Below are positions 12,020 to 24,166 of a stretch of 64,000 nucleotides of DNA, piece after piece. The DNA is from Octopus bimaculoides. Taxonomy: Eukaryota. The DNA is taken from contig NC_068981.1 in assembly GCF_001194135.2 (NCBI RefSeq), positions 85,674,566-85,738,565 on the forward strand. The letters run 5' to 3'. The position numbers and the translations under genes are program-made. Numbering within the stretch: position 1 is the first letter of the stretch; each line of letters begins with the position of its first letter. The notes under the pieces are model-generated. The model saw only the letters and a program-made list of their open reading frames with translations. It ran no database searches and was not told the DNA's origin.

Positions 12020-13220
12020 CTAGAGAAAAAAGAAGAGTTTGAAAGAAACATGAGAGCACCCTTGACATTCTTGGGTCTGTGAATGACTTAATGTTTCCTA
12101 TAAGCCTGGTATTTTTTATTCTTTTACTCTTTCACTTGTTTCAGTCACTGGATTGTGGCCATGCTGGGGCACTGCCTTGAAGGATTAAGTCAAACAAATC
12201 AACATCAGTACTTATCATCATCATCATCATTTAATGTCCGCTTTCCATGCTAGCATGGGTTGGACGATTTGACTGGGGGACTGGGAAACCAGATGGCTAT
12301 ACCAGACTCCAATCTGATCTGGCAGAGTTTCTACAGCTGGATGCCCTTCCTAACGCCAACCACTCCAAGAGTGTAGTGGGTGCATTTTACGTGCCACTGG
12401 CACAAGGGCCAGTCCAGCGGTACTGGCAATGGCCACACTCAAATGGTGTTTTTTACGTGCCACCAGCACGGAAGCATATATATATATATATATANNNNNN
12501 NNNNNNNNNNNNNNNNNNNNNNNNNNNNNNNNNNNNNNNNNNNNNNNNNNNNNNNNNNNNNNNNNNNNNNNNNNNNNNNNNNNNNNNNNNNNNNNNNNNN
12601 NNNNNNNNNNNNNNNNNNNNNNNNNNNNNNNNNNNNNNNNNNNNNNNNNNNNNNNNNNNNNNNNNNNNNNNNNNNNNNNNNNNNNNNNNNNNNNNNNNNN
12701 NNNNNNNNNNNNNNNNNNNNNNNNNNNNNNNNNNNNNNNNNNNNNNNNNNNNNNNNNNNNNNNNNNNNNNNNNNNNNNNNNNNNNNNNNNNNNNNNNNNN
12801 NNNNNNNNNNNNNNNNNNNNNNNNNNNNNNNNNNNNNNNNNNNNNNNNNNNNNNNNNNNNNNNNNNNNNNNNNNNNNNNNNNNNNNNNNNNNNNNNNNNN
12901 NNNNNNNNNNNNNNNNNNNNNNNGTTCAAAAATTTTGATGGATTTACGAAAATAATTCTTTCATTAATTGGTATATTAAGCTGGTCTTTAAGCATCACTT
13001 ATCAAAAGGTTCTTACATTATAATTATGATGGAATCATAAATTTGATTTGAATTTAAGTTTTAATGTAAATATAGACATTAAGAGGGATGGTTTTGAATC
13101 CCAGAAGAATGGGTGATCTCAAATGGGTTTCTATCAAAAGAAATAGACAGAACAACAGTCTATTGTAGGAAATATTTTATAGATAATTGAGCACCTAATC
13201 CCTAAAACACATGCGCATGC

Positions 13221-13251
<31 letters not shown>

Positions 13252-13875
13252 GCTGTAGTTGAAGACACCTACCCAAGGTGTTACACAGTGGGACTGAACC
13301 CAAAGCCACAGAGTTGCGAAGCTAACTTCTTAACCACACACCCAAGTTTAGTAATAAGATCTAATTTGAGAAGATATTCCATTGAGTAACAATTGGCAGA
13401 ATGAAATATATATTTACAAAGTATTGCCATTATTGAACACTTAGTCCCCAAAACAAGGTGAACTAGAACATGTAGAACTAAGTGTCTTGTCCAGAGATGC
13501 AGCAAAATGATTACAGCAGACAAGAACCCAAAGCATATAAGCTGGTAGTCTACAAATTTATCTATACCGTACAGAAAAGAATTTTATCTCCACAAAATGT
13601 CAATAATAATAGAGAAGAAAATAGAAACCAAACAGGAAATGATGAAGCCTGACAAAGATTTGAAAGAATCGCAAAAGAAAGAAAATAAAGATGCAGCAGT
13701 AACTGGAAATGTGATGTATTCAAAAGAAGCAATTTTCTCCATTTTGCCAAGGAAAACTCATTTAGTTTTGCCTTAGAAAACATTTTCAGTTATTTACAAA
13801 GGGAAACTTTTTCACTTTATGATTGCTTTTAAGGATTATATACAAATGCTATGTGAATCAGGATAGTATAGATAA

Positions 13876-14180
13876 GGTGTGAAGGTGTGTGGCTTAGTAG
13901 TTAGGATGTACAGTTCGATTCCTGGCGGTGTGTTGTGTCCTTGAACAAGACACTTTATGCTGCTCCAGTCCACTCAGTTGGCAAAAATGAGTAGTACCTG
14001 TAATTCAAAGGACCAGCCTTATTACATTCTGTGTTACACTGAGTCTCCCTGAGAACTACATTAAGTGTGTGTGTGTCTGTGAAGTGTTCAGCCACTTGCA
14101 CATTAATTTCAAAAGCAAGCTGTTCCATCAATCAGATCAACTGGAACCCTCATTGTCATAACCGACGGAATGCTAGTTGT
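13876..14180 (+). mobile_element. SINE family C (tRNA head, CORE-like gtgtccttgaacaagacacttta, same 3-prime half as the 11443 element)
   Basis: Second copy at about 24424..24745; shared tail gtctgtggagtgctcagccacttgcacgttaatttc. Confidence 0.8.
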
Positions 14181-14246
14181 TAGATTGATGATGTTTCAGT
14201 AACTCACATTTTGCATAAATGATGAATCAGCTATATGATCTCTTAC

Positions 14247-14282
14247 TGGTAAGGTGTCTTCTTCACTTGCTTTCTGATATTC
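14247..14282 (-). CDS. CEP89: CEP89-like 36-nt exon (EYQKASEEDTLP)
   Basis: Strong acceptor ttttcttctttaag and donor gtaaga; 12 codons, phase 0-0. No homology support recalled. Confidence 0.6.
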
Positions 14283-14700
14283 CTTAAAGAAGAAAAAATA
14301 TATATATTACTCACAACAGAACATTTGATCCGGAAGAAGAATTTAGATTATAACTCATAATGCATTTACATATTGTAATGTTATATTATTTCCACACACA
14401 TATACACATGATGATGATGACAGTGGTGAATCATTTATAGCAATATAGGACACCTTCCATAATTCAGGATGACAAAGAGCTACATATAAAGGAAAGCACA
14501 GACAAAACACCCTGGAACACTTTTCTAGCAAGGAATCCAAATAAACCATGATCAACATCATCATCATCAAGATCATCATCTCTACACTGACAACGATGCT
14601 GCTGCCACCACCACCACAGCTGCCACCACCAAGGAAGAGGAGGAAGGAGTTTATGAAAATGTGAAGTTAAATAAGCAAAATGGAAATAATTTATATTTAC

Positions 14701-14854
14701 CTGAAATTTCTGTTCTTTAGAGGCTTGTTGATCAGGGATCTGAATAAATTTCCAATTTTCAGAATCCTGTTTTGAATCCAGCATATCTATGCCCCCAGAT
14801 GATTCTTCATCTCTAAGATCAGCACTGATTTTTTCAAATGGTATGTTTAAATAA
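14701..14854 (-). CDS. CEP89: CEP89-like exon (YLNIPFEKISADLRDEESSGGIDMLDSKQDSENWKFIQIPDQQASKEQKFQ)
   Basis: Acceptor cccttag and donor gtaaat; 154 nt = 1 nt + 51 codons; phase-compatible on both sides; overlaps track ORF 14464..14784. Confidence 0.75.
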
Positions 14855-16669
14855 CTAAGGGTAAAATGACAAAATCTAAATAAACTGCAGTATTCACATC
14901 AGAGAAAGGGAAAGATTTGAAGATAGGAACAGAAGAGAGACACAGAAGGACAGGAGCTTATATATAGAACAAGTTTAATTCTTAAAAAATTAGTTTTAGT
15001 TTTAAGATGAAATTAATATCAGCAAAAAAGAAATTTCAAAAGTCAATTATATATCAAAATAATTTAGACAGAGTTTTCTTTTGTCAATTTCCAATACATT
15101 CAACACACAAAAAGCACAATTGCCACAATTTTTAAAGAAACAGTCTAATACCACCCCTCCTTCTACAAAAATATCATAAACAAATATTAGAGCTCACAAT
15201 ATCTTATGATCTCTCACAGTGATATCAAATATACTATATTATTAAACTACATATCAGTATCAGGTTTCTTCAGGAAACATTTCAGCCTCAATCAGTTGTT
15301 GATTCTCTACAAGATTCTTGTGAGACCTAGATTAGAGTGCCACTTACTTTACATGTCTATGTTGGTGCTGCTGTTACACACATGAACATCGCAGACTATA
15401 TCCAAAAAGCTGTTTAATTGACTGGTAGCTGTTCACCAACACACTCTATTCATAAGGTTCATTCATGCACTGTTTTCTTTTCTCTACCTCCTCTTTCCAC
15501 TTCAATGGAATCTGCTGTTCCTATGAACTAACTGCATACCACCTCTACCCAAGCCCACTATATCATACTCCTCTCTCATCTTCAGTACTTGTGTCTCATT
15601 CCCCAGATTCCACACTAAACAATCTTTTCTTCATATAGATACAATCCTCTACATTTTCTCTGAATATATATATTTTTTGTTCTGCAGACATCCAGCTACA
15701 GATGTTCAGTTTGAACATAAACTACATCACTTTTACTCATAATGAAAAGGCTCATAAACTATTGCCAATTTCTTTCATCAACCTTTAAATGCTTCAAAAG
15801 AAAAAGCTTAAGTGTGTGTTTTCATGTTATTTAACTCTTGCTAGTTGATTTAAAACTAAGTAGAACAAAGTGGAAAAAAATATTGGGGCACCAGTTTTCA
15901 TTTATGTTTTATGTAGTGTTTTTGGTACTGAAAGACTTTCAAACTTCATATACTTATCTATTTTGTGTTATAGAACAGAAAAAAAATTTTGTATTTGGAT
16001 TTATTTCATGTAAAAAATTGTCTTATTTCGATAATTTCAACCAATCACTGACAAGTATTCAGCTATTTACAGTTACTCCTTTGGCACTTTAAGCGGTGTA
16101 AAGCGTATTTAATCTCCATTACTTCTGACATTTTGCAGAGGCAACACAGGTGTGTTCGTTTTCCCTAACCCTAACCCTAACCCTAATTGACTTGCTCCTN
16201 NNNNNNNNNNNNNNNNNNNNNNNNNNNNNNNNNNNNNNNNNNNNNNNNNNNNNNNNNNNNNNNNNNNNNNNNNNNNNNNNNNNNNNNNNNNNNNNNNNNN
16301 NNNNNNNNNNNNNNNNNNNNNNNNNNNNNNNNNNNNNNNNNNNNNNNNNNNNNNNNNNNNNNNNNNNNNNNNNNNNNNNNNNNNNNNNNNNNNNNNNNNN
16401 NNNNNNNNNNNNNNNNNNNNNNNNNNNNNNNNNNNNNNNNNNNNNNNNNNNNNNNNNNNNNNNNNNNNNNNNNNNNNNNNNNNNNNNNNNNNNNNNNNNN
16501 NNNNNNNNNNNNNNNNNNNNNNNNNNNNNNNNNNNNNNNNNNNNNNNNNNNNNNNNNNNNNNNNNNNNNNNNNNNNNNNNNNNNNNNNNNNNNNNNNNNN
16601 NNNNNNNNNNNNNNNNNNNNNNNNNNNNNNNNNNNNNNNNNNNNNNNNNNNNNNNNNNNNNNNNNNNNN

Positions 16670-16990
16670 GCCTCGGGCCGACCAAAGCCTTGTGAGTGGA
16701 TTTGGTAGACGGAAACTGAAAGAAGCCTGTCGTATATATGTATATATATGTATGTGTGTGTATATGTTTGTGTGTCTGTGTTTGTCCCTCAATATCGCTT
16801 GACAACCAATGCTGGTGTGTTTATGTCCTCGTAACTTAGTGGTTCGGCAAAAGAGACCGATAGAATAAGTACTAGGCTTACAAAGAATAAGTCCTGGGGT
16901 CGACTTGCTCGACTAAAGGCGGTGCTCCAGCATGGCCACAGTCAAATGACTGAAACAAGTAATAGAGTAAAAGAGAAAGAGTAAAGAGTG
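16670..16990 (+). mobile_element. SINE family A (most abundant here; tail ...gactgaaacaagtaaaagag)
   Basis: Near-identical copies at 36563..36955 (-) and 41166..41580 (-); decayed copies near 8560-8840, 9040-9250, 10980-11400, 42490-42740, 46150-46330, 58190-58340, 59200-59400 and 63040-63300. Confidence 0.85.
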
Positions 16991-19900
16991 TTTTGTCTTA
17001 ATATGTTACCAAAAAAAATATGAATTAGCCATGAATCAAGAAGCACAAACTACAACCACTAAACTAGAAGCAGGGACTACATTTAATTTTAATGTAATCT
17101 AATGAGGATGCATTAAAGAATATTTTATCAAATATAAACAAAATGTAATTATGAATATTAAAGTAAGAAATGGAAATGGAAATTTTTATGTATGTATGTA
17201 CAAGCAGCTATATCCGACCTTATCTAAATACAGTCGCTAGTTTTATTACCTAAAATATATATAATCATACAAATTCACTATATTTTGGATAAATTGTTTT
17301 ATAAACATGCTGGAAGTTTTCACTTGGCCTAGGAATGTTAATTCATTCAAATTGCTGTATCCAAGCATTTCAGAAGAGAGTTCAAGTTGAGCTGCATAAA
17401 AATAAACAAGTAATAAAAATAACAAACAAATAAAGAACCTATACTATAACAAGATTTCTTTAAAAAGCTATATTAATCAAAATAATTATTCTAAATTGAT
17501 TATTTTTTTAATCAGTAATTTTCACCAATATCTGTTGCAGTGTTTAGGGCTATGCCTGTTGTTGTTGTTGTTGTTGTTGTTGTAAGGAGTACATTTCAGA
17601 AATGTTACAAAACCTATACAAAACCTAAGACCTTCTTTGTGGAATGATGTATCCCTATGCAGAATTTCAATTGCTTGGGTGTAAAATTGTGGCCTATCAC
17701 TTGGGACATTCATACATTTGATTTTATATATCAAGACATTTTTACAAAAACTAAAGAACATTAGAATAACTAAACTCTGGTGTAATTATCAAAAACATAC
17801 TTTTATGCAAAATCCAAATATATTCCAGAAGGCTGCACTTTTAGGGCCTGAAAGAATATATGTTCTGCAAACTTATACTAGACCATCGAATTACATGGAT
17901 AAATAGGGCCAATGAGTGTTTTTGAGAAGAGATAAGAGTTAAAAAATAATCATTTGATTCAAGTACATGGTCAAGTGAAAACCACTGCATAGAAACAACA
18001 ATGAAGTTTGTGCCTACTTGCAGGAAGAAATCAATAAAAGATTCAATTCCCAAAGGTTATGTTTGTCAAATTATAGAACCCATATAAAAAGACAGTAATG
18101 AAAGAAAGCAAAACAGAAAGATGTAAGGCAAGTAGAGCAAGACGCAGAATGGGAAAGAAAGACTTATTGATAAAAAGAAATAGTTATTCATAAAAAAAAG
18201 GAAGTTGCTGATTGTGATAGGTTAGAGAAAGAAATATATTGTTGAATATAATTCAAGATTTTCTTCATTCCACTGTCTTCTTGAGTGACACATTTAATAA
18301 CAGTCACTGTCCCTTATTGTCTCCAAATAATAAAAAAATATTAATTAATCAAGTCCTGGTCTTCATCTATAGTTTTGATTGTAAGTTATTTTTGGAGTAG
18401 CTAAAATTGATTTGACAGCTAAATTTATCTTTTTGGCCAATTTTTGTAAATTTTATGTCATGGTATATTTGTGCATATAAACAATTATTCCCTTAAAATC
18501 ACACTCATTGATATTTATAAGAGTTCATAAGGTTTCATTGTTCCTGTCTTAGAAAAGTAATTTCAAAGCACTAAGGAAAATCTTCACTTCACAAGAGAAG
18601 ACAGATTGCTATGTTCAGTCAAGAACAGCCTGACCAAAATCAAGCGTCATTCTGAAACAAAGTGTGCTGGAAATCAAAAATAATTTTATAAAACAAATGA
18701 CATTATACGCCAAACAGCCATTTATTACAAGGGTCAATGCTTATTTCCAGTTATCTTTTTACCAGAAATGAAATTGGACTCAGTACGGTATGATAACTCA
18801 TCAATTCCACAAATGCTGACAGTGATCTATTATATCCCACCTGCAGCAAATATTTATGGTTAAGTAAACCAAAGAGGATCTCCCTATATGGTTGCTAGAA
18901 ATAGCAACTAAATTTCCCTCAAATTATACCTGAGATGACCACAGCCGAAATGCTTTTGATGAAAGGCCTGCTCAGTCAAGGCTGACTTGATTCTAAACGA
19001 CATCAATAACTTAGAACTAAATGTTTCTATTCATTAACATAACAATTTCATTCCAAGTCATATATAATAGAAATTACTTCCAAAGTCATGAAGAAAAAAT
19101 TGAATAATAAATACTCTAGAATCACCTGGATTATCCCTTTAGCATTCAGATTACTTTGTCAGATGCAATGCTTATTTATTCACATTCTTTAAAGTTAATC
19201 CTGAATAATTTTCTAGCTTTGAGATTTTGAAGTTATGATTGTTTATTTTTAGAATGACATTGCAGGGTTAGTGTGAGAGACTGGATCAGGTCAGTTTAAA
19301 GATAAACAGGTAGAATATTTGAGACAGACATGGCCGGTTTAAATGCTGAAAAACTAAACAAGTAGAGTTCAGCTTTTTTGAGAGGCAATTGATGAATATC
19401 AAATTTAATCCTTTTATTGCTGTTTGTGAATTGTATAAACAACAAGAGCAAAGAAGACTAAATTTTTTTTAACTATTAACCTGTATCTAACATTTACAAC
19501 TACAGCTGCTGGATAAGTTTCATCTCTAGTTGTCGACATGCATTTTATTCCAGGATGTACAGTAAAAACCAGACTGAGCTTGAAGTGGGAACTTTTATTT
19601 TCAATCCATCAGCATTTAGATTACTCTATCAAAAGTAATGCTTAGTTATTCACATTGTTTTAAATTATCCATGCATTGTCTCATAGTTTCAAGATTTCAA
19701 TGATGTGATTATTTTATTTTTAGAATGACATTGCAGGGTAGGTATGAAAGGCCAGAGTTGGATGGTTTGAACATAAAATACAGGTAGAATATTTGGGCCA
19801 GATATAGCTGGTTTGAATGCTAAAGGGTTAAACTAAATCATCTCAGACATTAAGGCATTGAAAGAACAAAGAACACAAGCCCAAATTAAATGAAAATTAA

Positions 19901-20017
19901 CGGGCTCATTTATTTATTTATTTATCCATTCATTTATTTATTTATACTTTTTTTTCACTACAACTTTAGAAATTATAAAGGTAAAGAAACGTTTAACAAG
20001 ATCAATATTCTTCTTAC

Positions 20018-20235
20018 CCAGCATCTGTCATTAATGTATAATCCATAATGCTGTCGTGCTCATTGTCAAGGTTATGGGATGGAACTGGGGATCCAAACAT
20101 TCTTCCAATATTAGAAGTATTCATCAGTGCACCCATGAGAGGGGCTCCTTTATTATCATGACCACATGAGGGACTCAAAGCATTTGGTACAGCAACAAGG
20201 GCTACTTTTGGAATAACAGCAGTTGATACATGAGA
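20018..20235 (-). CDS. CEP89: CEP89-like exon, N-terminal conserved region (SHVSTAVIPKVALVAVPNALSP...GAPLMGALMNTSNIGRMFGSPVP...DYTLMTDA)
   Basis: Acceptor ttttttgcaag and donor gtaaga; 218 nt = 72 codons + 2 nt, open. Resembles the human CEP89 N-terminus (AASVAPKAAVP...[22 protein letters not shown]) as recalled. Phase 2 joins the next exon (GG+T). Confidence 0.8.
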
Positions 20236-20539
20236 CTTGCAAAAAAGATTAGAAAATATATATCACAATTAGCATATCTTTTTTTATTATTATTAATTTT
20301 TTAAGCTTTTAGCATTCAGATTATCCTATCAAATTTAATGTTTATTTATTCATATTGTTTTGAATTAATCATGCATTATCTTGTAGCTTTGAGATTTTGA
20401 TGATGCAAGGTAGGTGTGAGAGGTTGGATCTGGCCAGTCTGAACATAAAGCATGTAGAACATTTGGGATAGATATGGCCAGTTTAAATGCTAATGGGTTA
20501 AATGTACTTTCAAATTTTACATTTGTCTGCCTAAATATT

Positions 20540-20581
<42 letters not shown>

Positions 20582-20639
20582 GTGCATGTGTGTGTGTGTG
20601 TGTGTGCGTGTGCGTGTGTGTGTGTGTTTCATATTGCAA

Positions 20640-22860
20640 GACAGTGAGTGTGAGAGAATCGTGATGTCATAGGAGAGAAATGTCTCTGCATAAATGATGG
20701 CTCACTTGCATTTAATGATGCTGCAAAGAGAGAGACTTGGAAACGCCACTATGAAAGGTTGCTAAGTGAAGAGAATGAATGGGAAAAAGAGAGTCTACCA
20801 AATGTCAACCCAACAGAGGGTCCAGCTATTCAGATTGACAGTACTTTGGTAGATAAAGCAATTAAGGGTATGAAGACAGGGAAAGCCCCTGGCCCATCAG
20901 GAATCACTGCTGAGATGTTTAAAATATCTGGTGGTGTAGGCTATAGTCTAATCGCCCATATAGGCAACCAGGTGATACATGGAGTCATATCCAATGACTA
21001 GTGTAGCAGCACCATAGTCAACTGCTACAAAAGTAAAGGTGATACATTAGACAGGAATAATTACAGAGGTATTAAATTGTTGCATCAGGTAATGAAAGTC
21101 ATGGAGAGGTTCATAGCCCAACTAATTAGGGACAGAGTTAGTTTAGATGAGACACAGTTTGGGTTTGTGCCATGGAGAAGCACCACTGAAACTGTATTTC
21201 TGCTAAGACAGCTGCAGGAGAAATTCCTAGCCAAAGATAAACCTCTGTACTTGCCTTTTGTTGACTTGGAAAAAGCCTTTTACAGGGTCCCCCGATCCCT
21301 TATCTGGTAATCAATGTGGAAACTAGGCATCGATGAGTGGTTGGTGAGAGTTGTACAAGCCATGTACAGGGATACTGTCAGTAAGGTGGGAGTTAGCAAT
21401 GAGTATAGGGAAGAATTCCAGGTAGAAGTAGAAGTTTACCAAGGATCAGTCCTCAGACCCCTCTTATTCATCATAGTCCTCCAAGCAATAACAGAAGAAT
21501 TCAAGACAGGATACCCCTAGGAGCTTCTCTATGCTGATGCTCTTGTTTTAATAGCTGAGGCACTACCAGAACTAGAGAAGTTTCAGGTATGGAAGCAAGG
21601 TCTAGAATTGAAGGGCCTCAGAGTCAATCTAGCAAAAACCAAAGTCTTAGTAAGTAGAAAGGCAGACAAATCACAAATCCCTTCAGGTAGATGACCCTAA
21701 TCGATCTGTAGAAAAGGAGTAGGTAGAAACTCCATAAGATGTACCTGGTGTAAGCTATGGACACATAACAGATGCAGCAATATCAAAGGAAGGTTAACTA
21801 GGAAGATAGTTTTTGTGTATGGTGGATGCACAAGGGAAACAAACACTGTAGATGTACAGAAAACAGATTCCATCACATGCCAGGGGGAAAAATTAGAAGT
21901 AGTTGATAGCTTCCATTACCTAGGTGACCAAGTTAGTAGTTGGGGTGGATGCTCTAAGAGCATAGCTGCTAGAATAAGAATAACTTGGGCAAAGTTCAGA
22001 GTGCTCCTACCTCTGCTGGTAACAAAGAGTCTCTTGCTCAGAGTGAAAAGTACACTGTATGATGCATGTGTGCAAACAGCCATGCTACACACCACTGAGG
22101 ACATGCATAGGCTTGAAAAAAATGAAGGTAGTATGATCTGCTGGATGTATAATGTCAGTGTGCATACATGAGAGAGTGTAAGCACCTTGAAAGAAAAGTT
22201 GGACATAAGAAACATCAGGTGTGGTGTGCAAGAGAGACAACTGTGCTGGTATGGTCATGTGTTGCGTATGGATGAGGACAGCTGTGTTAAGAAGTGTTAC
22301 ACCCTAACAGTGGAGGGAACCTGTGGAAGAGGTAGACCAAGGGAGACATGGGATGAAGTGGTGAAGCACAACCTTCAAATATTGGGCCTCACAGAGGCAA
22401 TGACAAGCGACCAAGACCTTTGGAGATATGTTGTGCTTGAGAAGATCCAGCAAGCCAAGTGAGATCGTAGTCATGGTCAATGCCAGTGTCACATAACTGG
22501 CCCGTTTAAAAGTACCCTTCAATCATCGGGCAATATGCTGTACTTGAAAAGACCTGTTGAGTGAAGTGAAACCATAGTTGTGGCTGATTTCAGTGCCGCC
22601 TGACTGGCACCTGTGCCAGTGACATGTAAAAAGCACCATTTGAGCCTGATTGATGCCAGTGCTGCTTCCCTGACCCCCATGCTGGTGGCATATAGAAAGC
22701 ACCCACTACACTCTTGAAGTGGTTGGCATTAGGAAGGTCATCCAGCTGTAGAAACCATGCCAGATCAGATTGGAGCCTGGTGCAGCCTCCTCAGTCAAAC
22801 CATCCAACCCATGCCAGCATGGAATGCAGATGTTTAAACAATGATGATGATTATGATGTT
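20640..22860 (+). pseudogene. Decayed 5-prime-truncated RTE LINE: RT domain, C-terminus and 3-prime UTR
   Basis: ORF pieces with KAPGPSG, QFGFVP, FVDLEKAF, QGSVL, YADA (YADD decayed), GRGRPRETW; several in-frame stops; (GAT)n tail at about 22840. Confidence 0.95.
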
Positions 22861-24116
22861 GTTATTATTAGAGTGGCAAGCTGGCAAAATCATTACCACA
22901 CCAGACAAAATGCTTAGTGACATTTCTTCCAGCTTTGCATTGTGAGTTCAAATTCTGCTGAGGACAACTTACTCTTTCTTCTCTTTGGGGTCAATAATGT
23001 ACGTACAAGTTTAGTACTGGTGTTGATGTAACCAACTATCCCTTTTCCAAAAAATTTAGGCCTATGCCTACAGGAGAAAGGATTATTATTATGACTATTA
23101 ACAACAGAAGAAAAGCTATGCTGACTTTTGCCTCTGATTTGTTAACAATTGTTCCCATCATATATATTATAGGCTTTTTGTTTGAACTAAAAGTGTTATC
23201 AGAAAAATCTAGGGTCAATTATGAAAGTTTCTCTATATTCATTATTGTACTGCAATATTAAAGTATAATTATTTGAAAAAGGTTTACTTTTCGAAATCTA
23301 TCTACAGATTGAGGGTTGATGTTTCTTTATAACAGCAATCCATCATTAAATGAAAAAAATTCTTTGTTTTATTTAAAACATACAAGCCAACTAGGTCACT
23401 GACTTCTGTTGAATCTTTTTATCCATTACAAACATCAACAAAACCATTGCTGGGTTATAGAAAATAATAAACATTTACAGGTTAATCATATAGTTGTGAT
23501 TTGGATAAGTGTCATGCTAGCAGAAAAATTTGTTCGCAGCAAAATAGTCATGCTATAAAACTTAACCCTTTAGCATTCAGATTTCTCTGTCAAATGTGAT
23601 GTGTATTTATCCACATTTAAAAAAAATTAATCAAGCATTATCATGTAGCTTTAAGATTTTGAAGAATTGATTGCTTACTCTTAGAATAACAATGTAGGGT
23701 AGGTGTGGGAGGGTAAAATATTTGGGCTGAATATGGTCAGTTCAAATGCTAAAGGATTATTAAAGAAACACTTGTCTTTTTCAATTATAGATATAATCCA
23801 AGTTATAGATATAAACCAAGTAGCTTTAATGCTACTTCATAGTAGAATCCTTGACATCTTTAATATTTAGTAATGTTACACTTATAATCTTATGATAAGG
23901 CAAAATAAGTTTTATTATATGAAGAGTCTCTTCTATTATCTGTCTCTGATCTACTCTGGTATTACTTTTTTTTAAAGCAGAGTAATATGATACTTTTACA
24001 ATGATGAGAGATTGAATCTGAGAGTAATCTATGACATGTATTCTTGTGTACCTCGTATAAGTTTTTGGTTTTGTCAGAATTTACATATAATTACTTTATA
24101 CATGTGTGTGTTTGTT

Positions 24117-24166
<50 letters not shown>

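Larger units (their letters stand above)
19133..23760. mobile_element. Cluster of four piggyBac-type MITEs (about 19133-19351, 19608-19831, 20301-20501, 23562-23760)
   Basis: About 200-230-bp copies with TIR cccttt-agcatt / aatgctaaaggg flanked by TTAA where intact (23562, 19828, 20498). Confidence 0.8.
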
